Shown: in pieces, positions 10,462 to 20,479 of the stretch
Layout: every line of letters begins with the position of its first letter
How positions within the stretch are numbered: the first letter of the stretch is position 1
Assembly: GCA_963801255.1 (NCBI GenBank)
Contig: CAWDEC010000006.1
Location: 650,898 to 714,897 of the forward strand
From: an uncultured Verrucomicrobiae bacterium
GTDB lineage: Bacteria; Verrucomicrobiota; Verrucomicrobiia; Chthoniobacterales; UBA10450
Direction: 5' to 3'
Length of the DNA: 64,000 nucleotides
The notes under the pieces: generated by a model
What the model was told of the DNA's origin: nothing
What the model saw: only the letters and a program-made list of their open reading frames with translations
Database searches by the model: none
Translations under genes and position numbers: made by a program

Positions 10462-13400
10462 TTGCGCAAATTCACCCGGGTTCAGGGGCGCAAAATGGTG
10501 TTAAACAAAAAGATGAAATCGTCACAACTTACAATCTGCTTCCCGGGGCGACATGCGCGCTCCGTCGTGGCCACGGCTCTTTGCCTTGGTCTTATCGTGG
10601 GTGCGCTCGATGCACGCCCAATTCCGCAAAACCTCGCGTCTGGCCTGGATAAATTGGTTGAAAGCAATCAAATCCAAAAACAACAAAAAGCTCAGGGCCT
10701 TTCGGTCTCTGCAAAATTTAACGGTTATGCCACTCAGCAGGCAGCTGATTTCGCTCGAAACGCGATTCAGGACGAAGAGACCGGCCGCTTTTTGGTCGAT
10801 ATCCACCCCAGCGGTCTGGTGCCCTTGGATAAGCTCCTCAAGAAGATTGAGACCCGCTTTAAGTCTTTCACGCTTACTGCCCAGGACACCAAATACAAGG
10901 GTGCGGGCGTGTTGGAAGGCTTTATCGCGATCGATGATGCCCCTGCACTTGGTAACCTGTGGGGAGTGCGTTCCGTTCAATTGGGTCTGAAGCCCGAGCT
11001 AAGCCGCGCCGCTGCGACAGGTAATGGCGGTATTCAGCCTGGCACCACGCTAACTGCTCTCGGCACTGCGTTCGACCAGGGTGTCTACGACCATCGGGTA
11101 GACCAAATCAATAAATTCTACAATCCTGCGGCTAAGCTCGACTATGAGGGTAGCGGCATGAATATCGGCTTTATCTCCGATAGCATTGGCAACATTGCCA
11201 CCGACGTTAACAATTTCGACCTTCCGGGTGCGTCTAATAACCCAATCAACACGCAGCCGGTAGTTATTCTGCAAGACTTTCCCGGCACTGATGAAGGTCG
11301 CGGCATGGGACAAATCGTTTACAAAATGGCGCCCAAGGCGCGGATCGCTTTCGCTACTGCTAACGGCGGCGAGGTGGGCTTCGCGAACAACATTCGTGCT
11401 CTTGCCGGACTACCTGACTTTGTCTATCCCCCGGAGATCCAGCAGGGTTTCGCGGCCAACACGATCTGCGATGACGTGGGTTACAGCGATGAGCCTTTCT
11501 TCGAGGACGGTATTATCGGTCAGGCAGTGAATGACGTCGCCGCGGCCGGTGTGTCTTACTTCTCCTCCGCTGGAAACGATATCGGCACTTATGACTACGA
11601 TTCAGACTATCGTAATGTGCCAAATGGTCCGCACGCGCTCGATGGCACTAATATCAACCTGACCGGCGTTCCGACCAACCTGTATCAAGGTGGTTTCCAT
11701 AACTTCAATCCAGCCGCTGGTCAGCAGGATGTTGCCCAAACCGTTAATGTCCTTTCTTCAGGTGAACCTGCTACCAACTTTCAGTGGGATGACCCGTACA
11801 ATCAGATCTTAACCTTCGATCCGAACCCGATCTACACGGCCCACGAGGTGTATACCAATATGCCGATTACCTTCATGACGCCCAGCCTTACTGCAGGAAA
11901 CAACTACGTCATCACGGTTACGGCCGACGCAGGTAGTTCTTTCGATGCGATCGTTACGGTGAAGGACCCGAATGGTAACATCATCGTCAACAACCAGGAC
12001 ACGGGGACGGACGAGACCATCAATCTCTTTCCGCCTGTCACTGGCGTCTACACGATCGTTGTCATGAACTTTGGCGGGACGACGGGAGCGTTCACCGTCA
12101 ATGTTTACAACGGCAACAATCCGCAAATTACGACTGATTTTAACCTCCTTGTTTTCGACAAAGAGGGTAACTATCTAAGCGGTAGTTCGCTAACGGCGAA
12201 CAACATTGCCAACAATGTCCCGTTCGAATTTGGCGCCACGACTCCGAAAGCCGGTGAAACTCAGGTACAGTACGTTATCGCCCGCTCCAGCATACCGACG
12301 GCCCCTAATCCTGCGACTCATGTCCGCTGGATCATTCGTGGTAACGGTTTGTCTGGTATCGGCCCGGCGGAATACTTCGTCTACAATACTCCTAACACCC
12401 ATGGTCACTCAGTCGCGAATGGCTGTAACGGCACTGCGGCCTACGGCGTTTTCCGTCCGAGCATTCCGGAGTATTTCACTTCGCCTGGTCCGGCGACAAT
12501 CTACTTCGATATCATGGGCAACCGTCTGTCTACCCCTGAAGTAAGGTTGCAGCCGAGCATCGCTGCGGCGGATAATGCTAACACCTCCTTCTTCGGTGGA
12601 GACGATCCGGGAGACCTGGACACCAAACCCAACTTCTCCGGCACGAGCGCCGCTGCTCCTCACGCCGCAGCCATTGCCGCCCTCGTTATCGAGGCCCACG
12701 GCGGGCCAGGTTCGGTTACGCCAGAGCAAATGAAGGCCCTCTTGCAGCGGAGCACCTTCCCGCACGACCTGGATCCTAACTCCGCGAACGGCGTAGCCCG
12801 CACCACGGATCGTGGCCGAGTTCGCATTACGATTAACTCTGACCTTGGCTTGAACCCAAGCGCTGGTGTCAACGATACCAACGCCTTTGTCATCAGTTAT
12901 CGCGGTGAAGGCTCTATCACGAGCATTACCTTCAATCCGACAGGCACGGCGCAGACAGGGGGTAACACTACTGGAGGCAACAATGGTCTGGATTTGACCA
13001 ATACTTACTTCAGTAACATTTACCCAGGACTGGTTTGGGAGCCCAATACCAAGCCATTTACCATGGGTACCTCTGTGGGTCTCGGCACGGGTGATGCGGT
13101 GGCGACCTTTAGTAATCAGGCCCCGTTACCGTCGGTCGCGGGTCAATGGTGGACAATGACGTTGACCTTCCCGAATAGTAACTTCACCGATGGTGACGAG
13201 TTGCATTTTGTGGTCGGTCACGGTCCGCAGCACAACCGCGTGGTTACCAACGGCACCGGCCAGGACGGCGGAGCGACTTCCACGTCCTTCGTTATGGCTG
13301 ACTTGTTCGGCACCGAGACGCTCCTGCCGGCTGGTACGAGAGTCCAGGGAGGCATGGCCTTTAGCGGCACGACTTCCACGGGCGCGACCTTCAACGGCGT

Positions 13401-13491
13401 GCTGACGAATAAAATCGGGCACGGCTATTCGAAGACGGACGGCTTCGGGTTCATCAACGCCCAGATGGCGGTTAATGCGCCACTACAGTAA
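10462..13491 (+). CDS. secreted S8 (subtilase) family serine peptidase, large
   Basis: 1009-aa ORF with a signal-like N-terminus. Candidate Asp region GFISDS, His region THGHSVANG and Ser motif SGTSAAAPHAAAIAALV are present. The start could be an internal ATG at 10495 or 10513. Confidence 0.75.
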   Translation: MRKFTRVQGRKMVLNKKMKSSQLTICFPGRHARSVVATALCLGLIVGALDARPIPQNLASGLDKLVESNQIQKQQKAQGLSVSAKFNGYATQQAADFARNAIQDEETGRFLVDIHPSGLVPLDKLLKKIETRFKSFTLTAQDTKYKGAGVLEGFIAIDDAPALGNLWGVRSVQLGLKPELSRAAATGNGGIQPGTTLTALGTAFDQGVYDHRVDQINKFYNPAAKLDYEGSGMNIGFISDSIGNIATDVNNFDLPGASNNPINTQPVVILQDFPGTDEGRGMGQIVYKMAPKARIAFATANGGEVGFANNIRALAGLPDFVYPPEIQQGFAANTICDDVGYSDEPFFEDGIIGQAVNDVAAAGVSYFSSAGNDIGTYDYDSDYRNVPNGPHALDGTNINLTGVPTNLYQGGFHNFNPAAGQQDVAQTVNVLSSGEPATNFQWDDPYNQILTFDPNPIYTAHEVYTNMPITFMTPSLTAGNNYVITVTADAGSSFDAIVTVKDPNGNIIVNNQDTGTDETINLFPPVTGVYTIVVMNFGGTTGAFTVNVYNGNNPQITTDFNLLVFDKEGNYLSGSSLTANNIANNVPFEFGATTPKAGETQVQYVIARSSIPTAPNPATHVRWIIRGNGLSGIGPAEYFVYNTPNTHGHSVANGCNGTAAYGVFRPSIPEYFTSPGPATIYFDIMGNRLSTPEVRLQPSIAAADNANTSFFGGDDPGDLDTKPNFSGTSAAAPHAAAIAALVIEAHGGPGSVTPEQMKALLQRSTFPHDLDPNSANGVARTTDRGRVRITINSDLGLNPSAGVNDTNAFVISYRGEGSITSITFNPTGTAQTGGNTTGGNNGLDLTNTYFSNIYPGLVWEPNTKPFTMGTSVGLGTGDAVATFSNQAPLPSVAGQWWTMTLTFPNSNFTDGDELHFVVGHGPQHNRVVTNGTGQDGGATSTSFVMADLFGTETLLPAGTRVQGGMAFSGTTSTGATFNGVLTNKIGHGYSKTDGFGFINAQMAVNAPLQ

Positions 13492-13518
13492 GTGTTAGTG
13501 AGGTTGAACTAGCGGGAC

Positions 13519-13556
13519 GGCAGGCCAGCGATGGCCTGCCGTTCTTGCTTTTTTCG
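13519..13556 (+). terminator. Rho-independent terminator after the S8 peptidase gene
   Basis: GGCAGGCCA-GCGA-TGGCCTGCC forms a perfect 9-bp stem with a 4-nt loop. It is followed by GTTCTTGCTTTTTTC. Confidence 0.8.
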
Positions 13557-13712
13557 GGATTTGTCACCGAATTCTCCCTTTGCTGCGGTTCCGGTTGACG
13601 CCCGCCCTTCTTGCCTTGATATTCGGCCCTCCACGGCGCCCTCTGCGCCCAGCTGGCCGGCATAACGTGAGTTTCAAGCGCCAGCTTTCTCTTCCGAGGG
13701 CGCAGCTACGAA

Positions 13713-15527
13713 ATGGATAAGATCCGCAACATCGCTATTATCGCTCACGTCGATCACGGGAAAACCACGCTCGTCGATCAACTCCTGCGCCAGTCCGGCA
13801 CCTTCCGCTCCAATCAGAAGGTCGAGGAACGGGTTATGGACTCGATGGATCTCGAGCGGGAGAAGGGCATCACGATTCGCGCGAAGAATGCGGCTTTTAA
13901 CTGGAACGGCTACCGCATCAACATTGTCGATACACCAGGTCACGCCGATTTCGGCGGCGAAGTCGAGCGGATCATGAAAATGGTCGATGGCGTATTGCTC
14001 GTGGTGGACGCACACGATGGCCCGCAAGCGCAGACGCGTTTCGTTTTGAAAAAAGCGCTGGAGAACAGAGTTAAGCCGATCGTTGTCATCAACAAAGTCG
14101 ATCGCGAAAATGCCCGCCCGCACAAAGTGCTCGACATGGTTTTCGATCTTTTCGTCGAGCTGAAAGCAAATGATGAGCAGCTTGATTTCCCGATCATCTA
14201 CGCCAGCGCGAAGAACGGGTTCGCGATGCGCGAGGTGCACGAGAACAGCGAAGACATGACGCCGCTTTTCGAGGCGATCGTGAAATACGTCCCGCCCCCG
14301 GCGATCGCGAGCGAGCCGTATTTTCAGATGCTGGTTTCGAATCTGCACTACAGCGATTATCTCGGCCGCATCGCGCTTGGACGGATCGTAAGCGGGCGTG
14401 TCGCGGTCGGTGATTCGGTTGTCTGCATTCATCGCGACGGGCGACGCGAACGCGCGAACGTGACCGCGCTTTTCACTTACACGGGCTTGCAGCAGGTCGA
14501 GACCGAGCACGCCAGTGCGGGCGACATCGTCGGCCTGACCGGTTTCGAGGAAGTCTATATCGGTGAGACGCTGACCGATCGCGAGGAGCGAACGGCGCTC
14601 CAGTTTGTCGACATTGATCCGCCAACGATCCGGATGCGGATTCTGGTGAACGATTCACCTTTTGCCGGCCGCGAAGGAAAGTTCGTGACGGCCCGCCACG
14701 TTCGCGAGCGACTGGTGAGGGAAACCCGCGGCAATGTGTCCCTTCAGGTAAGCGATACCGAGACGGGCGGTGCTTTCGAGATCAACGCGCGAGGTGAAAT
14801 GCAGATCGCGATTCTCGTCGAGCAAATGCGCCGCGAGGGCTACGAAGTGATGGTTTCGCGGCCGGAAGTTATTTTTCACAGAGACGAACATGGCAACCTG
14901 CTCGAGCCGCTCGAAAATCTCTATGTCGAAGTCCCTAACGACAACCTGGGCGATGTTCTGCAATCGATCGCCGGCCGTAAAGGCGAAGTCACCGCGATGG
15001 ACCACCATGCCAATCGCGTTTCGGTTGAAGCGACCATCCCAACCCGCGGTCTGATCGGTTTCGAAACGGATCTCGTGAACCTGACGCGCGGCGAAGGCAT
15101 CATGAGCCACCTTTTCCGTGAATACGTTTCCTTTCGGGGCGAGATCGAAGGGCGCGGCCGGGGGGTGATGGTTTCGATGGAACCAGGAATCAGCACGGCT
15201 TATGCGCTCAACAACATCCAGGCCCGCGGAAAATTGTTCATTGGACCACAGGAGGAAATTTACGCCGGCATGATTGTGGGCGAGAACGCGCGGCCCGAAG
15301 ACCTGCCGGTTAATCCCTGCAAGGCCAAACATCTGACGAACATGAGGAGTCAGGGCGACGGCAAAGGCATTCAGCTCGAAGCCCCGCTCAAGATGAGCCT
15401 GGAACGCGCGATCGAGTACATCGACGCCGACGAGTACGTCGAAGCCACCCCGAAGTCGCTCCGTCTGCGCAAGCGCATCCTCGACGCCAACGCCCGCAAG
15501 CGTGCAGCCAACGCCGTTGCGGCCTAA
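13713..15527 (+). CDS. typA: translational GTPase TypA/BipA
   Basis: 604-aa ORF with the G-domain motifs [14 protein letters not shown] and NKVD. Full-length BipA-like sequence. Confidence 0.95.
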   Translation: MDKIRNIAIIAHVDHGKTTLVDQLLRQSGTFRSNQKVEERVMDSMDLEREKGITIRAKNAAFNWNGYRINIVDTPGHADFGGEVERIMKMVDGVLLVVDAHDGPQAQTRFVLKKALENRVKPIVVINKVDRENARPHKVLDMVFDLFVELKANDEQLDFPIIYASAKNGFAMREVHENSEDMTPLFEAIVKYVPPPAIASEPYFQMLVSNLHYSDYLGRIALGRIVSGRVAVGDSVVCIHRDGRRERANVTALFTYTGLQQVETEHASAGDIVGLTGFEEVYIGETLTDREERTALQFVDIDPPTIRMRILVNDSPFAGREGKFVTARHVRERLVRETRGNVSLQVSDTETGGAFEINARGEMQIAILVEQMRREGYEVMVSRPEVIFHRDEHGNLLEPLENLYVEVPNDNLGDVLQSIAGRKGEVTAMDHHANRVSVEATIPTRGLIGFETDLVNLTRGEGIMSHLFREYVSFRGEIEGRGRGVMVSMEPGISTAYALNNIQARGKLFIGPQEEIYAGMIVGENARPEDLPVNPCKAKHLTNMRSQGDGKGIQLEAPLKMSLERAIEYIDADEYVEATPKSLRLRKRILDANARKRAANAVAA

Positions 15528-15592
15528 CGAATAGCGCGCCGCTTGACCCTCGCTCCCCAGTCGTTACTCTCGCTGGCGGAAAGGAGCGAGCG

Positions 15593-15832
15593 ATGAAAAC
15601 CGAAGTCCGGATCGAGTATTGCGTCGTCTGAAACTACACGCCGAAGGCCGTCAGTTTGGCGACCAAGATTCTCGAACTCGGCGATCGGATCGCGTCGCTC
15701 ACGCTTGTCCCCTCGAGCGGCGGCGCCTTCGAAGTCACCGCCAATGGCAAAAAGGTCCATTCTAAACTGGAAACCGGCGAATGGCCGGACTTCGACGAAA
15801 TCGTTAGGCAGATCAAGAAGATCAAAGCCTAA
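15593..15832 (+). CDS. SelW/Rdx-family selenoprotein (CxxU), in-frame UGA at 15629-15631 read as selenocysteine
   Basis: Hand translation gives MKTEVRIEYCVV-U-NYTPKAVSLATKILELGDRIASLTLVPSSGGAFEVTANGKKVHSKLETGEWPDFDEIVRQIKKIKA. An AAGGAG ribosome-binding site lies at 15581-15586. The CVVU redox motif is typical of the Rdx fold. It is missed by the ORF track because of the UGA. Confidence 0.8.
15639..15661 (+). promoter_or_regulatory. candidate bacterial SECIS hairpin for the SelW-like gene
   Basis: CGCCGAA-GGCCGTCAG-TTTGGCG forms a 7-bp stem (one G-U pair) starting 8 nt after the UGA. Confidence 0.4.
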
Positions 15833-15835
15833 CGA
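15801..15835. repeat. inverted pair of the abundant 9-mer (TCGTTAGGC-N17-GCCTAACGA) spanning the SelW-like stop codon
   Basis: Perfect 9-nt arms at 15801-15809 and 15827-15835. The TAA stop (15830-15832) lies inside the second arm. Confidence 0.8.
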
Positions 15836-15967
15836 ATCTGGAACGCGGAAACCTGGGAAGAAATCGGAAGAGCAACCGAGGCCAGGCGGTGGGACTTCAA
15901 TCCCGGGAGGTTTTTCGCATGCGCGGCTCTTCTTTCTGGCTTTCTGGTTTTCAAATTTCCCCTTTTC

Positions 15968-16061
15968 GGAGAGTGAACGGTGCCTGGTGGCCCGCGCGGT
16001 CTTCAAAACCGTCGTCGGCTCGTTCTGCGGGCCGGGGTAGGTTCGATTCCTATCCTCTCCG
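15968..16061 (+). tRNA. selC: tRNA-Sec (anticodon UCA)
   Basis: GGAGAGTGAACGGTGCCTGGTGGCCCGCGCGGTCTTCAAAACCGTCGTCGGCTCGTTCTGCGGGCCGGGGTAGGTTCGATTCCTATCCTCTCCG. It has anticodon loop CTTCAAA, a long variable arm and a GGTTCGATTCC T-loop, about 94 nt in total. Ends are accurate to about 3 nt. Confidence 0.85.
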
Positions 16062-16195
16062 CCTTTTTCGTCAGCCGAGGAATCTGGAAACTGGAAGGCC
16101 AAAAAGAGACCGATTAGAGAAGTCCTTCTACCAACCTTCACGCTCTTCCAGCTTCCAAGTCCCATTCTCTTTCAGTCGAAGGGAGGTGACACACG

Positions 16196-17254
16196 ATGTC
16201 GCGTGAGCAGATCCGCAAGCTGACCTCGCTTTCGTCCTGCGCCGGTTGAGCTTCCAAGCTGAGCCAACAGGCCCTGGCGCAAGTTTTGCGTCAGCTACCG
16301 CAGTATCCGAATCGCAACGTCCTTGTCGGCTCCGCGACGGGGGACGACGCAGGTGTTTTTCGTCTCGATCGTAATCGCGCTCTTGTGCAAACGACCGACT
16401 TTTTCACTCCCATCGTGGACGACCCGTTCGCCTACGGTCAGATTGCTGCCGCTAACGCTCTCTCCGACATTTTCGCCATGGGCGGCCGCCCGCTCACTGC
16501 GCTCAATCTCCTGGGCGTGCCTAACGAACTCATCACGCCGGCGACGATTGCCGCCATCCTGCGCGGCGGTCTGGAAAAAACGCGGGAGGTGGGCTGCGTC
16601 ATCATTGGTGGCCACACCATTCGCAATCCGGAACCGATCTATGGCCTTGCCGTCACCGGCATTGTTTCGCCAAAGAAAATGCTGACAAACGCGAGAGCAA
16701 AGCCGGGCGATTTCCTCGTTCTCACGAAGCCGTTAGGCACAGGGATCGCAACGACCGGATTGAAACGCGGCCTAACGAGTCGTGTGCTTTCCAGCGCGGT
16801 CGTAAAACTCATGGCCAAGGTTAATGTCGTTGGCGCCGAGCTGGCCGAACACGGACTCGTTAGGGCGGCGACCGACATCACCGGCTTTGGCTTGCTTGGC
16901 CATCTCGCGTCGATGTGCCGGGCCAGCGGCGTGAGTGCCGAAATCTCAGCGAACGAAGTTCCTGCCCTGAGCGACGAAATTTTCGATCTTATCGCCCAGG
17001 ACTGCATTCCCGGCGGCACAAAACAAAACCTAACGACGGCCAATGCAGTTACCTTTTGGGGCAAAACTCCAGCGCATCAACGATTGCTCCTGAGCGACGC
17101 CCAAACGAGCGGCGGTCTCCTGCTTGCGGTTCCACCGCGAAAACTGGAGGCCGTCGTCGATCTTCTCAAAAAACATCGAACTCCTGCACGCGCCGTCGTT
17201 GGGCAAATCACGCAGCGGGGCAAACGGTTAATCAGCCTACGTGAAGGCAAATGA
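16196..17254 (+). CDS. selD: selenide, water dikinase SelD (selenophosphate synthetase), Sec-containing form with UGA at 16247-16249
   Basis: ORF 16286..17254 extends upstream in frame through one TGA to ATG 16196, with a GGGAGG ribosome-binding site at 16181. The N-terminus is MSREQIRKLTSLSSCAG-U-ASKLSQQALAQVL. The U aligns with the catalytic Cys/Sec of the SelD glycine-rich loop. Confidence 0.85.
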
Positions 17255-18606
17255 CCATGCGCCGCTCCATTCCTGCGGTTGGGAAATTGTTGGAGGAACT
17301 GGGCGAATTCGACCTGCCGCGTCCAGTAGTTGCGCAACTCGTTAGGCGACATCTCGCTCATCTTCGAACCAACGATGAGATTCCGTCGCACGACGAAATT
17401 GTCAGAGCCGTGCGCAAAAATATCGGGCGACTCGAGCAAGCTCGCCTCCAGCCAATCGTCAACGGCACCGGCATCATTCTGCATACCAACTTCGGCCGCG
17501 CGCCGCTCGGTCCCGCGACGCTACGCGCGCTCAACCAGATAGCGGGCAGTTACAATAATCTAGAATACGATCTCACGACCGGCACCCGGGGCCAGCGCGG
17601 CGCTTCACTCGAGTCGGCCCTTGCCCTGCTCTGCCAGAGCGAAGCCGCCACCGTGGTCAACAACTGCGCCGCGGCGGTCGTTCTGATCGTTAGGCATTTC
17701 ACGAAAACAAGACCGGAAGTGATTATCTCCCGGGGAGAACTCGTGCAGATCGGTGACGGGTTTCGGATCGGAGAGATTGTTGCGGCCGCTGGCGCACGGT
17801 TGCGGGAAATCGGGGCAACGAACAAGACAACGCTGGACGATTATGCCTTCGCCATCGGCCCCGAGACCGCGCTCATCTTGCGCGTGCACCAAAGCAATTT
17901 CTTCATGAGCGGTTTCGCCGATGTTCCGCCTAACGACCAGGTCGCGCAGCTTGCGCGCGGGCGGCGCATTCCGCTTGTGGCTGATCTCGGCAGCGGGGTC
18001 GTCTTCGCGCGCGAAATGCCTGATTTTCTCGAAGGCGAGCCTACGCCGGCGCAAACTCTGAAGAGCGGCGCGGCCCTCGTTTGCTTTAGCGGCGACAAAC
18101 TCCTCGGCGGCCCACAAGCGGGAATCATCGCCGGCAAAAGGACACTGATCAGTGCTTTGAAGCGCGAACCCCTCTTTCGCGCCTTGCGTTGCGACAAACT
18201 GGTCTTCGCTGCGCTCCAGGCCACTGTCGACGCTCACTTACGGCAGGATTGGCAGGAAATTCCAACCATTCATTTGCTAAAGATTTCCCTCGACGATTTG
18301 CGAACACGCGGTCAGGCATTCGTTAGGCAACTGGCTCACCTTCCGCTGCAAATCCGCGTGATTGATGCAACCGGCGAGATGGGCGGCGGCACTTTGCCAC
18401 GTTCTGTTATCCCGTCGGTCGCGCTCGAGTTGAGTTGCGGATTTCTTTCGCCTGACGAACTGGGTCTGCGCCTGCGCCACGCCACACCGCCGGTTATCGG
18501 CTACATCATGCGAGGGCGGTTTCGACTCGATCTCCGGACAATCTTCCCCGAGCAGGATGAGCTGATCATGGACACTCTGAAGAAATGCCTAACGAGTCAG
18601 GCCTAA
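17251..18606 (+). CDS. selA: L-seryl-tRNA(Sec) selenium transferase
   Basis: 451-aa ORF with full-length SelA-like sequence (SGDKLLGGPQAG PLP-lysine region). ATGA overlap with the selD stop. Confidence 0.9.
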   Translation: MTMRRSIPAVGKLLEELGEFDLPRPVVAQLVRRHLAHLRTNDEIPSHDEIVRAVRKNIGRLEQARLQPIVNGTGIILHTNFGRAPLGPATLRALNQIAGSYNNLEYDLTTGTRGQRGASLESALALLCQSEAATVVNNCAAAVVLIVRHFTKTRPEVIISRGELVQIGDGFRIGEIVAAAGARLREIGATNKTTLDDYAFAIGPETALILRVHQSNFFMSGFADVPPNDQVAQLARGRRIPLVADLGSGVVFAREMPDFLEGEPTPAQTLKSGAALVCFSGDKLLGGPQAGIIAGKRTLISALKREPLFRALRCDKLVFAALQATVDAHLRQDWQEIPTIHLLKISLDDLRTRGQAFVRQLAHLPLQIRVIDATGEMGGGTLPRSVIPSVALELSCGFLSPDELGLRLRHATPPVIGYIMRGRFRLDLRTIFPEQDELIMDTLKKCLTSQA

Positions 18607-20477
18607 GGCATTTCATCCTCGCCACGGCCGGGCATGTCGATCACGGCAAGACCGCACTCGTCCAGGCTCTGACCGGCATCGACACCGATCGTTTACCGGA
18701 AGAGAAAGCCCGCGGAATCACGATCGATCTCGGGTTCGCGCATCTCGCACTGCCCGGTTTTTCGATCGGCGTGATCGACGTTCCCGGGCACGAAGATTTT
18801 GTGCGCAACATGATCGCGGGTGTCGGCGCGATCGATCTTGCTCTCTTTGTCGTCGCGGCGGACGACGGCTGGATGCCGCAGACGGAGGAACATTTGCAGA
18901 TTCTCAACTATCTCGGCGTCACTCGTGTCGTCGTTGCCCTGACGAAGTCGGATCTCGGCAAAGTGGAAGAACGGTCCGCGGAGATTCGCGAGCAATTGCA
19001 CGGCACTCCTTTCGCGTCAGCGCCAATCGTCCCCACTTCGATGCGACCATTGGCAGGGATCGAGGAGCTGCGGGTCGCCCTAACGAACGAGTTTGGGCAA
19101 CTGCCGAAGCCGCGTGACGTCGGCAAGCCACGGCTCTTTGTCGATCGCGTCTTCACCGTGCATGGCAGCGGAACGGTCGTGACCGGCACATTGAGCGGCG
19201 GAAGTCTCAGGCGCGGCGACGACATTCTGGTTCAGCCACAGAATCGCACTGCGCGAATCCGTGGTTTGCAGAGTCACAATCAGCCCCTCGAAACTGCGGG
19301 TCCGAGGCGGCGTTTGGCGTTAAACCTCGTTGATCTAGCACCCGACCAAATTTCGCGCGGATCGGCGATCTGCGCGGCAGGCGATGCCATTGGAGTTTCA
19401 CAAGTGATCGATGTGCTGCTCAATCGATCACCGCGACTTCCCCCCGGGACACGACCAATTCGTAACGGTGCGATGCTTAATTTGTATTTCGGCAGCGCAC
19501 GCAATACCGCCCGGATGCAGTTACGCGGCCGCGGTGAATTATTGCCTAACGAAAACACGGTCGCACGCCTTCGACTTGCCGAACCCGTCTGCGCTTTTCC
19601 TGGCGACCGCTTCATCCTGCGCGATGCGTCTGAGCGACAAACGATCGCCGGCGGAGTAGTGCTCGATGCAACGCCAGAAGGAAACAAGTTTCGCTCCAGC
19701 GGGCAGCGCACATTGCTCGATCGGCGCGCGACTGCGCCTAACGACCTTGAAACACTGCTCTGCACACACCTGGAGCGCGATCACTTCGCTATCCGCGTCG
19801 ACTTGCTGCGGAATGCTCCGTTCTCCGAAGACGAAGTGGCGGCGGCACTGAAAGAATTGGATGCGAGCGGCCGTATCTTTCTCAACGAGAAGATAGCGGT
19901 GGATGCGACCTGGTGGACGTCATTTCGTCAATCCGCCGCACGATTGGTTGACGCGGAGCACGACGCTCATCCGGAGCGACAGGGACTGGAGATTAGTCGT
20001 CTGCGCGAAGTGCTTCACGTTACGAGCCCTGATTTGTTTGCCGCGCTCGTGCACGCCCTGGCGCAAGATGGATATCGACAGGAAGGAGCAGCGCTGCGAC
20101 ACGCGAGCTTTCAACCGTCGCTCCCGCCAAATTTACACGCAGCGGGAGAGAGGATTCGGACGGCATTGCGAGCGCGTCCGCTCGATCCGCCGGCGCGCCG
20201 GGAACTTGCCAGCGATGCGGCTGCGACTCAGGCCCTGCGGTTTCTTTGTCAAACCGGTGAACTTGTCGCCCTGAACGGAGACCTCGTCCTGAGTGCCGAA
20301 GGGATTACAAAGCTACGAGTGGCGATTGAGCAGCAGTTGCGCGGCGGAAAAAGCGCGACCGTGAGCGAGTTGCGCCAGGCAACGGGGACGACACGTCGAG
20401 TGATCGTGCCATTACTGGAATATTTCGATCGGATTGGCCTAACGAGACGATCCGGTGATCGCCGGACGCTTCGTTAG
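18585..20477 (+). CDS. selB: selenocysteine-specific elongation factor SelB
   Basis: 630-aa ORF with GTPase motifs AGHVDHGKT, DVPGH and TKSD, plus C-terminal winged-helix SECIS-binding domains. It overlaps the selA 3' end by 22 nt. Confidence 0.9.
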   Translation: MPNESGLRHFILATAGHVDHGKTALVQALTGIDTDRLPEEKARGITIDLGFAHLALPGFSIGVIDVPGHEDFVRNMIAGVGAIDLALFVVAADDGWMPQTEEHLQILNYLGVTRVVVALTKSDLGKVEERSAEIREQLHGTPFASAPIVPTSMRPLAGIEELRVALTNEFGQLPKPRDVGKPRLFVDRVFTVHGSGTVVTGTLSGGSLRRGDDILVQPQNRTARIRGLQSHNQPLETAGPRRRLALNLVDLAPDQISRGSAICAAGDAIGVSQVIDVLLNRSPRLPPGTRPIRNGAMLNLYFGSARNTARMQLRGRGELLPNENTVARLRLAEPVCAFPGDRFILRDASERQTIAGGVVLDATPEGNKFRSSGQRTLLDRRATAPNDLETLLCTHLERDHFAIRVDLLRNAPFSEDEVAAALKELDASGRIFLNEKIAVDATWWTSFRQSAARLVDAEHDAHPERQGLEISRLREVLHVTSPDLFAALVHALAQDGYRQEGAALRHASFQPSLPPNLHAAGERIRTALRARPLDPPARRELASDAAATQALRFLCQTGELVALNGDLVLSAEGITKLRVAIEQQLRGGKSATVSELRQATGTTRRVIVPLLEYFDRIGLTRRSGDRRTLR

Positions 20478-20479
20478 GC
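20437..20479. repeat. inverted pair of the abundant 9-mer (GCCTAACGA-N25-TCGTTAGGC) with a nested TCCGG/CCGGA stem at the convergent selB / nrfD-like junction
   Basis: Perfect 9-nt arms at 20437-20445 and 20471-20479. The inner 5-bp stem is TCCGG-TGATCG-CCGGA. Confidence 0.8.

Noticed and set aside
15866-15932. A second functional tRNA-Sec gene.
   Set aside because: It lacks a T-arm (no GGTTCGA-type loop). The anticodon stem is only 3-4 bp with an 8-nt loop, and the total length is about 67 nt. It is kept only as a tRNA-like fragment.
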